A stretch of 64,000 nt of DNA from Schmidtea polychroa (lineage: Eukaryota). This document shows, piece after piece, positions 51,016 through 63,043 of the stretch; position 1 is the first letter of the stretch, and every line of letters starts with the position of its first letter. The position numbers and the translations under genes were made by a program. The DNA is taken from contig CM097887.1 of NCBI GenBank assembly GCA_044892525.1, positions 23,870,001 through 23,934,000 on the forward strand, read 5' to 3'. The notes below the pieces were generated by a model that did not search any database, had not been told where the DNA came from, and saw only the letters and a program-made list of their open reading frames with translations.

Positions 51016-51775
51016 CGTGATTTACTATCGAACGAGTTTATCCCTCGATTCTCAGATCAACGGTTGCGTAATGGAACGACAGTATTGTGTGTTTTAGTAG
51101 TGATCTGTAACATATTTGTTTGGTGATGATAATGTACCCCTTTGTTTTGTTGCGTCAATATATATTTTGTTGTGTGTCTAACTTCTTGGTGGTGAAGATT
51201 ATTAAAGCACATGAGTATGCACTCGGGGTGACTGAAGGGATGATGTGAAAACAGAGCGATTTAAGCAAAGGGTCGTCCCTTTGGACCAGGGTCGGACCGA
51301 GAAACGCGAAAAATGATGGGTAAGACCTTCTAAGGCACCTTGGAACCGAACCGCGAGGGGGCTAGCAGTAGTCCTAAGGCAGGGGCTCACCTGTTAGTCA
51401 ACTCCGACCCGTGTGGGCAGCACCAACGTGGGGACATCACCACGGGCTCACATGAGGGAATATGAGTAAAATCACGTGGAATATGCGGGGGAAAAGTCCG
51501 GAGCCGAACGAACACGAATGATAGGTCAGGTGATGAATTTTCCTTATCTCCCCTCATATGCCAACACATGGAATAAGGATGGTGTAAAAAGGCGATCATT
51601 CAATCAATCAGGATTGAAAAGAAAAGAAATAATTTTAAAACAAATTAGTAAATTAAAACATAAATAAATAGACCAATCAAAATGATTTGAATTTGAAAGA
51701 TAAAAATAATTAAAAACACTAGATTTGAATTTGAAAGATAAAAATAATTAAAAACACTAGATGATTCCTGATTAG

Positions 51776-54100
51776 TGTTGGTTACCTGGGGATGAGTTTT
51801 CCTCAAGTATCCGCCACGACCTAGCAGTAATCTCCCACATGTGTGCCCATGATGATAAATCACGTTGGTGCTGCGCACATGGGTAGGAACTTACGAACAG
51901 GTGAGCCCCTGCGTTAGGACTACTATTCGTAACATTCACAGTACTGAAGGACTTGCATCTTAATTTTCTAAGAACCTGTCTCTGGTCCAAGGAGACAGTT
52001 ACGGAAATTCGAAGTTCATCCACCGATTAGAATCCTAAGGGAGAGCCTTTCTCAATATCGGATTTCCTAAGATAACTTGACAGCGCAACAACTGATTACA
52101 AAATATCTATTAATTAACACACAAGTAACTCAAATAAGTATATAAAACACGCATTAATTACATGACACTCAGAATCAAAGGTGGTCAGTTTGATTCGACA
52201 GAAAATGTTGGTTTCGCAACTACGTATATATACAGGATGGTTCTCTACAGATCAATTCTCCTTCAGCGAGCATCGCATCGATGTCGGTTTGCTTATGTGG
52301 GTTGACTGGTGTTTCGATTAGCGATGGTGGAACTACGCGATACGTTGCTATGGAGACAGATTCGACAGGATATTCACTAGGCGGCATCGTATTCATTGAT
52401 TGAGTTGTATATAAGGTAGCTTTGAGAGCGGCCATCTCATCTCGGCGTCTTTTTGTGCGCTCTGCTCGAGTCGGCGTTTCCTCTTTCTGGGACTTGGTTG
52501 TATCGAAGTCTCTGGTTTAACTATTGAAGTAGCAGAGGTTGTCTCTTTAGGGAGGAGGTTCGATGACTCACTGACCTACTGTACACCCTTTAAGAAAGGA
52601 ACGACGACAGGTGGCAGATCAGGACCGTGACCGTAGCAGTTGGAAGCTGGCCTTGTTATTACTTCGTCCGCTCGATGATGTATAGGAAATACATTCAATT
52701 TATCTTTTACCGAGTACTCTGACTCGTTGTTTTAACTCAGTTTCTGTTGGGCCGAGATTTGATCGACAAACGGGGTTTAACCACTTACATTACTAACGAA
52801 ATCGTTAACCCGAGTGAAAATTAATTTAAATGAGGTTCGAATAAAAGTAGTAATTTAATTTAGATGGTATAAGTATACCTTACATATTAAAATGAATATT
52901 AGTTTCATGAAAAATAAGTTTAAATGAAGTTTGAGTCAACATTAAGATTAATTCGAAGAGGAGTAAATTAATTACCGGTTGGTAGACAAAAGAAAACCTT
53001 CCCTCTCAAAAAATTGACTTACGGTAAATATTAATTAAAATAGCATTTCATCCAGGAATTGGCATAGTAAATTTTAATTAAAATGGTATTTCAAATTCGA
53101 GAATTGGATTATGTAACGTTAGGAACGCTTAGAATCGATGTTTATCTGTAACGAAGATGGTTAATAAATTAAATTTCTGATGAACGCAGAGTGACATGAC
53201 AGGATGTTTAATATCAGTGTGGAATATCGTCTCGCCAAATCTAATCTGTGCGGATTTCTCTGGGGTCGTCATTACCTGATTCTAAACATTACTGAAAATT
53301 GTTTATGCTTTCCATATCCGGCTTGGCTGCGTTCAACTCGATAAGTTATCATTTGGTAACAAAATGACTGGATCAGTGTTTCTACTGATTCACAGAATTA
53401 TGGCGAGTGTACTTAACCTTTGATGAATTTACGCTTGTCGAAAAATGAAATAAATTTTGCATGGGAAATGTGGAAATTAGTGGTTTTGCAGAGTCACCTA
53501 GATTGACATTCGAAACCTTGCTTCTGGTTAAAAATCTCATATCAACTACTCTGAAGGTACGATTTCTGAGTGTAAGTATCTATATCTTGAGAATATTCGA
53601 TATATTCATTTTATTCTCTCACTGGACATATTAAATCGACAAAGTGGTAGCCGTCATTCAATTTCTACTGGGTGATTATGACAAGAAATTTCTGCATTGC
53701 GAGTGGATTTTTCGAACCGTTCTACGCTAGATGACCAAAAGATAACATATGGATGAGAAAATCTATCTCCTTAGCTACTCGCTCTAGTCTACATTGTCAC
53801 TCTCAGATTTCATTGCCTGTGAGGCAGGAAAGACAGACAGCACGCACCCTACCCACGCCACCGACTTCACATGCCAGTCTCTTCCAGTGAGGCAGATAGA
53901 TGGAACATCCTACCCCCGTCCATACTACATAAACCTCTACATGTGCAACTCATGCACGCCCATGTCAATGCATGTGTGCACGATAGCAATTTTTCTTTTA
54001 TCAAACATATTGAATGTAATGCAGTGATTCACATTAGAGCAACTGTTGTCGACAACGTTTGGTATCGACAATTGTTGCGCTGTTAACATTTGGTGTTAAG
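51776..54100 (-). mobile_element. Copy D of the ORF253 family (inverted, ORF 5'-truncated)
   Basis: Terminus TGTTGG at 51776; conserved 3' block at 51825-52000; ORF remnant 52220-52735 (KLNVFPIHH...GHGPDLPP...RKRKR...DEMAALKATL). Far end not found. Confidence 0.75.
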
Positions 54101-54494
54101 CAATCCTGTGAGGCTAATATTTTAATTGTCCAGCACTACCCTTTAACGATTTGGGGAAATTTATAGACACACTCCGGGGTTCGAATTCAGTACACATCTG
54201 AGAAATTTCGCGACATGTAACATTGCTTTACTAATTTAAAAGACCTCACCACCCATTGAAAGTTTTGTTAGAGAATCTTTTTTAACTTAAGAAAATGATT
54301 AAGTCTCAGTTAATTAGGATACGAGAAAGTTTTTATTTAGTGAAATTTAAAACGATGCTCCGACTTTAATTAAAAGGTTTCTTCAGGATTCGGCCCATTA
54401 TATAGTGCTTATTAGATCATTTATGGTACATGAATAAATGTAATTGTTTATTTCATTTTCACCTTGAAGTAAAACCATCATTTTTTATTCTGTC

Positions 54495-54572
54495 CGTTTT
54501 TTTATTTGGGGGGGGGCAGACTTGCGTTTGGGGGGGCCGGGCCCTCCTGGGCCCCCCGACGGTACGGGCCTG
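54495..54572. mobile_element. Orphan terminus of a hAT-like element
   Basis: G-run/C-run subterminal structure ending ...GGTACGGGCCTG (CAGGCCCGTAC TIR); partner end not found. Confidence 0.55.
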
Positions 54573-56247
54573 ATTAAAAGAATAACAATAAAAAACTAAA
54601 TATAATGAAAAAAAGACGCAAAATACAACACCACTTAATCCTTATTGGTCGAAATCAAGACAATAATTATATAAATACGAGCATCTCTGATTGATTCTTC
54701 AATGTTTTTCCTAACAAATCTATAGGTATTTCTATAGGTATTTCATTAGTATTAGCTCAATAGGACTCCAGTTAATTAACCGATTCCATTTTCGAGGACT
54801 TCACAGTAGAACGATTTGATTGATCATTGGAGGGTGAACCGTTTGGAAAATGTAAAATTTTCTATTATTTTTTATTTTTACTAATTTGTATGTGTTTATT
54901 ATCTGTAATTTCCTTTTCCTCACATTCATATATGATATTAGATAATAAATAATGGTAATAGCGATGACTTTCAATTACATCAACAAATGATATTTAATAA
55001 TAGTGACAGTAATTTCAATAATTTTCCAATAGCTCATTTCGAATGCATATTGTTATTATGATATGCTATTATCATGGATGTCCCCAGATTGGAATATGTT
55101 CGTGAACCGTTGGCATGGACAGCGGATGTTGACCAGTTTGGTACATCAGTTTAAGGTGTAAAATGAGGAGTAATTTATAATAGAAAGGTGTGGATTTTAT
55201 TGAGTGCCAAAAGCAGTTTTTACGAATGGTAATCCAACAGAAATGAATTGGAAGGTTTTCACGGTGATAGAGATCGATCGATAGAAAGGACTTGTGAGAC
55301 GGATGAGCTGATCGGTGATAAAATTGGCCTAGGTGGGCGTAATAATCTATAGAAATTGTTCAATTTGAAATACAGTGAATATAACCTGTACGTAACCTGC
55401 CGGATTTCCTGAAACACAAAGCATAGTCAATAACTTAATGACTATCGCTATAAGCGTTGCACAAATGAATTTTCTAATAATTGTGGTTATCATTAACCTT
55501 ACGATCTACTAGTAAAATTACCGCAAATGATAAATATTGATATATTCGTTACAATATATTGTGATTGTATAAGTAGTGGGGACAACTAGTTCCCGGAGTT
55601 TTTTTTTGTCGTCATCCCCCGGTTAAATCAACTCTTTCCTTTCCCACTTCTTCAGATGGTTGGGTAATTTGAATGATGATAATCTATAGAATATTTTTCA
55701 ACAGACTCACCCTCCGAAATTTACCAGAACTGTCCTTAAACACCTTCGTTGTAGAAATGGCAGAACCAACGCTACCGAGATTGGGACTCAATCCGTGCTT
55801 CTCATGCGCGGATAAAAACGCAGCTGTAAAACAATTCCAGTCGGAAGTTGGGGCCGTAAAGAAACGCATCGACTTCTTAGAAGGAACCTGGTTCGCCCCG
55901 CACAAATAAAGGAGGCGAATCGAAAAATCTTGAGGTTGGAAAACTATAAGGACAGCATCCTAGAAGAGAATCTCAATATGAGGCTCACAATCAAATCTCA
56001 ATCTGAGGCCCTACATCGTATCTATTCTGAATCCGAATTGCGGAAACGTGTAGCGGAGTGCTCCATCTCCGATCGAGACAATATTTTCCCAGTTCATCGT
56101 CTTCGTGACGATCGTGAGTTAGCTGCAAAGACGTCTTGTCTTAATCATGTGGTGGAATCTCCTCCTCTAACCACACCAGATGTCCTGTGTATCGGAACAA
56201 GTATGGTTCCGTCCAAAGTGCCAGCATCAACCTATGATAACAACGAA
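54573..56247 (+). mobile_element. Copy E of the ORF253 family (frameshifted, 3' part replaced by the non-LTR element)
   Basis: A-rich leader, ATTGG (~54645), TATATAAA (~54668), tandem TCTATAGGTATT. ORF from ATG 55757: NPCFSCADKNAA...KKRIDFLEGTWFAP...LRLENYKDS...KSQSEALHRIYSESELRKRV. Confidence 0.75.
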
Positions 56248-59200
56248 AATTTTTGACAAGATATTCGAGATTCCCGCCGTTAACCAGTGCTTAGCAGAAT
56301 TGCCCCTATATAGCATTCAAGAGCACTGGGCAGAAATAACTAAGATTATTTCATTTGAATACTTCTTAATGTTTTTTTCAGGAAGCAATGAGACTACGAT
56401 TCAGGAACTGGAGGAACATTGGGAGAATATTGCCTCGATAGTCAAGAATTATGACTCAGTAACCCATGATTATCTATATCAAAGTGATGCATACTCTTAC
56501 AAAAAAAATGAAAATGCACTACTAGTTTTTTCAAAACTTTCCGAAATCTATAAAAAAAAGGTAATTAATAATCAGAATTACAATACTAATAATTTTAAAA
56601 ACTCTGTTTCGAAAAATGGGATTTTTTCAAATCTAAGAATTTATGGAGATGAAAAATTCTCTTTTAAAAGTATTAATAATATTAAAAATTTCGGTTTTAA
56701 AAAAAATAGAAAATCTTCAAAACCAATTTTTTACAAAAATAAAAATTTTTCAAATTGGAAAAAAAATTTAGGAAATAATAAAAATGATAAAGTTTTTTAT
56801 AAAAATGATGTTTTTTGTAAAAAATCTATTGAAAGTGAAAATGTAAAAAATAAGAGAAAGGAAACGTCTAATATGTTTAAAGAATCATTTGAAAAACCCG
56901 AAATTTTTAATAATAAAATTTTAAATAACTTTATAAATACCAATTTTAAAAAAAAAAAACATCTTTTTAATTTAAAAAATAATAATGAAAAACACCTTTT
57001 TAATAACAATAATTTAAATTATTTTTTTAAAAATAAAAATGAAAAATTCTTAAAAGATTCTGATATTAATTTGTTTAAATATAATAATAAGATCACAACC
57101 TATGATAACAACGAATCTTACCCTTTTTTTTGATAATAAAAGTACTATCCCAATAAAGATTAATGAAGCCCCAATCATAAATGCAAAAAAAGATAATATT
57201 ATACTCAATCATATAGAAAACTTAAAAGATATTGGGGACACCATTTTCAACAATATTAGGGATCAATTCGTTATTATAGGGAAAATTGATGTACTACCAC
57301 TCCCGAAAATTTTTAGAGAAGCATTCTCCACTATAAATGCAAAATACGAACAACTAATAGCAATTATAAGTAAAGGTAAGACTAAATTAGGAAAGAGTAT
57401 TTTTAATATGAAGCTGATCCCCAAAGTTATTCCAAATAAAAATAATAGAATACCTAAACTAAATATTGATTATATAAATACCTTTATTAAAAAACTTTTC
57501 ATAGATATTCATACAGTATTAAAGGGGATAGATAAGAAAACCAACTATCATATTATTAAAGACTTTTTCTATATTTTAGTATTAAAATTTAATAAACTTT
57601 GTCAATTTTTATTTTTTAAGAATAATGGTAAAGTATTTAATGAAACACCGCAGCCATTCCCTCTTGTCCATAATAATAAATCTGCCAATAAAAAAAAAAG
57701 AAGGTCACCTTCAGTGACGATAAGTCTCATAACTCTAGATACTTCAACTCTGCCAATAGATACGCTAAGCTTATTGACCTAAATGATTCTAAACCTAACA
57801 AGCATCTTCCACAAAAAACTAATGAGATGCCAACAACCCCTTCAGCAACTTCATCAACACCCAAAAACAGAAACACCTCTAAAAAACCGCATTTTTCTAA
57901 ACCAATCCCGAACAACACTCCGCCTGAATCCATTAGACCAAACTCTGAATTACTCAAAAAAGTGATAAGACCAAATATTAAAAATGTATTAGGGACATTT
58001 AATATTACGGAAAAAATTTGTGAATCTATCCTCCCCCAACCGCTTATAAAAAAACCTGAACTTAAATCAATTCCAAAATGTGACAATAACAAAGTACCGT
58101 CACCTTCGCCAAAAAAAACAGATAATTGCGACCTAGATAACCATTCGAACTCTGACCTTTTTGCCGATACCTCCTTAGTAATTAAGCATACTAATACGGA
58201 TATAGATAATATCATCTTACACAACAGCTCCTCCGATAAGTCATTCAATGAATCAATCATCGTACGTAAATCTGCTAAACCTTCTCCTCTTGATAACACA
58301 TCTAAAAACGATAATACCTCCTTCTCTGTAAGCGTTGAAAACCCTAAGTCATTGTTCCCATTATGTGCTTCCATAATCCAAAATGACGATGTAACCAATA
58401 CCCCTAAAAAATCCCCTACCAAGTCCAGCAGTGAGCAATCTATCTACGCTATTACTTCCACCCCAATTGCCTCAGCTATTAATGAACAAAAATCCTTTCA
58501 AAAATCCTTACAAATTAAAGGAACTACTATCCAAACTAACCACCCAAAAACTTTTAATATAGCAAAGACAACTAAGATAAGAACTTCTAAAAACTTTAAA
58601 ACTCATGATAAGAATAATAAAGCTCTCTATTTTTTTGATAGTAGGGGAAAAATGAACTGTAGAGCAGGATTACATAATCCAACATTCTGTGGATCTATAG
58701 GTGTATATTCGAGAGAAATGTTGATTGCACATGCTAAGGATGTCCATGGAATTGATTTCAATTATGATTCGACCATTGACTGCTATCAATGTAAACCAAA
58801 GCAAGGAGGGGATAGATCCACAATGAACGTAATAAATTTTAAAAATTTGTACAAACACATCAAAGATTTCCAGCACCATTGTGAGATTGACAGAGCCTAC
58901 CAAAAGGATGTTACCGTAGAAATAACCCCCAAGCATGAAATTGCATGCCACATCCTAAGTAAGAACATAAAAAATAAGTGCTACACCACCTTCAACCATG
59001 AAATCCCAATTGAAAGTATAATGGCGCATATGAAAAAACTGCACAAAAAACTAATCTTTAACATAGATAAGAATATCTATTGCTACTGCGGGGAATGGCT
59101 GCCTATTCATCAAATTAAAAACCATATAAATGATTTTCATTTAAATAACCTAATTGAACTCAATAACGAAGTAGGTGAGGGAAATAGCAATGGGAATAGA

Positions 59201-62200
59201 GATTTTTTTAAAAATATTCTTGCAACTAATGAGAATATTCTAACACCAAATAATAATGAAGTTATAGGTAGAGAAATCCCGGATACCATTCTTTTTTCAA
59301 ATAATTTGGAAAAAGAATCAACATGATGGTCCCAGCACACAATCAAGGCTTTCATCTTCTCATTCGCAATAAGAAACTCCACCATCTTCGTCGATCCATA
59401 TATAGGTAACTCGCTAATCCAGCACAACTTCCGTACTTTCTTCGAATCCTTTCCTTTTAGAGACTTCGCAGAATGGAATGAGATTGTCATGCCAATGTAT
59501 AATGGTAAAAACAACTGGTTTCTGTTCTTTCTTGACAAACGCCGTAAACTCGCTCTTATAATAGATCCTACAGTTAATGATTCTTACTCTTCTTACAACG
59601 CTCTTGGTAATAACATCCTCACCACTATCCTTGACTTGCAAAAAATCGTTACGCCTGTTGAAATTAAACTAGAGCAAATCCAATATCCACGATGTATTAG
59701 TCCAGATGAATCAGCCTTCTTTGTGTGCCACATGACTGAATGTTTAATTTTAAATAGAAAATTAACTTCTCCCAATATTCCGAATATGATAGAAAGAATT
59801 AAGATAATATTGACAAAATTATGTAATACTAGACTGCCTACTGATGATGTAAGAAAATATCGGACATTTATCAGTAGTCTTATAATTGATCTTAATATAG
59901 ACGCAACCAACTGTGATAATGTACTAGGAGAAATAGAAAAAATAAACGCTAATATCAATGAGAAAAAATATTTAATTAAAAAACCCGCAGATATAGTCCA
60001 TAAAAAACAAAAAAATAATAATGAATTAGTTATGATAAAAAGAAATAGGTACAAGTTTAACCCCAAGGAGGAGATTGCGAGAATTTTGAACAACGAGGTT
60101 AATTTTCAAAAGCCCATTATGGCAAATCTCCTTAAGCTTTTTGCAGGTGAAATAGCTAAGTGTCATCCTGAATCAATTAAATATATTCCAAATTATCCTG
60201 AGAACCACTCGTCTACCCCATTCGATATTGACGAAATTAAATATATTTTCAAACAACTGGACAATACTGCTCCAGGAATGGATTTGATTACCCTTGCTAA
60301 TTGGAGAAAATTTTCTCCTGACTACCAACTAATACTGGCTATATGTAACAATATCATACGTAATGCCAACTGCCCTACAAACTGGAAAACGTTCAGAACA
60401 AAATTCATCCTGAAACCTGGAAAAAGTGAAACAAGTTTTGAAGCAAGCTCATGGAGACCAATTTCCATAATGAATACTGCCTACAGAGTATTTTCATCAC
60501 TCTTAAACAACAGACTTCTTGGATGGATTAAGGAAGGAAACCTTATATCTAGAAATCAGAAAGCCATAGGAGCCTCTGACGGTTGTGCAGAGCATAACCT
60601 TATCCAACAACTAATTAAAGACTTCGCCTTTAGAACCAAGAGTGATCTGCACATTGTCTGGCTCGACATTTCAGACGCATTCGGCTCACTGCCTCATAAC
60701 CTAATTTGGCACACTCTATCTGCAATGGGCCTTGACTCCAAATCTATTAAACTTATCAAAAATATGTATGATGGCGTAAATACTATCTTTGATTGTGAAG
60801 GAGAAAGATCCCCTGAGGTGCCCATAGTTAGGGGAGTTAAACAGGGATGCCCCCTATCTATGACTCTTTTCTGTCTGGCCATAGACTTCATACTTAAAAA
60901 CATCCTCATCAGTCACCCTTTCATCTTTAATAACATGAACATAGGTATACTAGCATATGCCGATGACATTGTGCTAGTATCTAACTCTTACGCCTCTATC
61001 AATTCTGCCCTGCTAGAAACTACCAGGCTTGCTTCGTTAGCCAACCTCAGATTTAAACCATCGAAATCTGGTTATTTTCATATTGATCATGAGCTGAACT
61101 TTTTTCCGATAAAGCTATATGGGGAAATCATTCCAAAAATAGATGATTCCAATTTATATAGATACTTGGGAATTGATTTTACCCACAAAAAAAGACACAA
61201 CATAGACGACAGACTTGAAACTGCCGTTAAGGATACTAGAAAGATTCTCGAATCCCACCTCCATCCATCACAGAAAATAAATGCCTTCAAAATCTTCATC
61301 CATTCTCGTCTTATTTTTCCTTTTCGTAATTGTGAGATCCTTCATGGTGTCCTTGATTCTCATAAGGACAAAATCATCAAAAATAGAGAGCCCCAAAAAG
61401 GTTTTGACCAGAAGATTCGTAAGCTTATCAAGACATCTTTAGGAGATAAACTACTCCAAATTAACAATCATTTCATATACGCATCGGTGAAAATGGGAGG
61501 TATTGGACTAACCTCAGCCATTGATGAATACCTCATACAAAGTATTGTACACCTTGCTCGGGCACTAAATTCTTCTGATACAGGCTTCCAAAATCTAGTA
61601 CTAATGGAACTTGCATTATCACGGGGTAATGGCAATATAGAGGCTGCCTTATCATGGATCAATGGTGATACTACAAAAAACTTTGGTTATAAATCTTTCT
61701 TTTCTAAATTCAGGAAATCCGTCGACCTCTTAAGATTAAAATATGGAATTCATGTCAAAATTGTCTTACTAGATGACATGTACCAGCTGGAAATAAAATA
61801 CAAAGAAAGGATCAATTATTTCTTCTCCACAAATCTCAACAACACATCATCTGAACTCCACTCAATAATAGGCTTAATTCATGCAGAAAAATGGATCAAT
61901 CTCAAATGCCAAGGGCATATTGCTAAATCCATATGCAATAGTAGCGTGGCTGACTACCTGGTTAAAACTGACACTCTAACCGATGCTCAATACCTATTCC
62001 TTCTAAGAGCAAGGAACAATCTCCTTAAACTAAACTATGCACCACATAGATTAAAGGCTAAAAAAATACTCTATGTAGGCAATGCAATTCCCACCCAGAG
62101 ACACAGGCGCATGTATTCAATCACTGCCCTGCAAAAATAAATGCAAGAAGAAACAAGCATACACGTGTACTAGAAGCGGTATGTCAATCTCTTCTTAACT

Positions 62201-62587
62201 ATGGATTCAAAATGGACATCGAACGCACGCCACAGGGAATCGAAACTACCTTAATACCTGACCTACTCATCAGATCATCGAGAAATAAAATTACCCACAT
62301 TGTAGATATCAAAGTACCTTACGAGCAAAGGGAAAATTTTAAAAAAGCGGATGCAGATAATTACGGAAAATATGCCAATTTGGCAATCGAAATAGAAAAA
62401 ACTCATAAAGTAAAAACTACATTGTCTACTTTGATAATAGGTACTCTAGGCTCTTGGTACAACAAAAACGACCAAGTTCTCAGTAAAATAGGCCTCTCCA
62501 AAACTGAAATAAAAAGCCTGGCAAGAAACGCTTGCACAGCTGCGGTAGTAAGCAGCTATCATATCTTTAGAGAACACACCCTTAAGG

Positions 62588-62592
<5 letters not shown>
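56248..62592 (+). mobile_element. NeSL/R2-superfamily (RLE-type) non-LTR retrotransposon, near complete
   Basis: C2H2-like zinc fingers (~58650-59150), Ulp1-like domain (59327-59750), RT (QGCPLS, YADD), CCHC knuckle CRQC...H...C (~62075-62130), RLE nuclease PDLL...DIK. 5' boundary approximate. Confidence 0.92.

Positions 62593-62670
<78 letters not shown>
62593..62670. repeat. (TA)39 microsatellite directly after the retrotransposon stop codon
   Basis: Visible directly in the sequence. Confidence 0.95.
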
Positions 62671-62676
<6 letters not shown>

Positions 62677-63043
62677 GTATATAATATCAAAGCATACCCA
62701 TATTTATTTGTACACTATGGTTATTATAAACGTAATACGATAAATACGTAGTTGCTCAGATTCTCATATGTCTCCTCCAGGGATTGAAAATACCTATAAC
62801 AATAACTAATATATGTTTATATATATGTATATAGGTGTATGTGTATTTATATAGCTCAAATATTTTACTATTATATTAATATTAACTAATTAGGGGTTTT
62901 TCTTTTTCTTTCTTTTACTTTTAATATTTAATTACTAATGCGTTGCTATTTGCCTCAACTAATAACTCTATCCCCTTCTAATAATCTATATTTAAACTTA
63001 AATAAAATTAAATATAAATAGAATAATATTGTTTATGGGTAAA

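Larger units (their letters stand above)
47302..51566 (+). mobile_element. Copy C of the unknown ORF253 element: complete 4265-bp insertion
   Basis: Termini TGTTGGG (47302) and GCCAACA (ends 51566); 4-bp TSD CATG at 47298-47301 and 51567-51570. Confidence 0.85.

Noticed and set aside
51285-51420. HDV-like ribozyme fold suggested by GGGTCGG/CCGACCC pairing
   Set aside because: P3/L3 and the P1.1 GG could not be placed, and the pairing is weak in copy D. Kept only as a generic structured-RNA candidate.
55575-55660. Possible 5' ribozyme of the R2-like element
   Set aside because: It lies upstream of copy E's ORF rather than at the retrotransposon junction, and no consistent double pseudoknot could be drawn.
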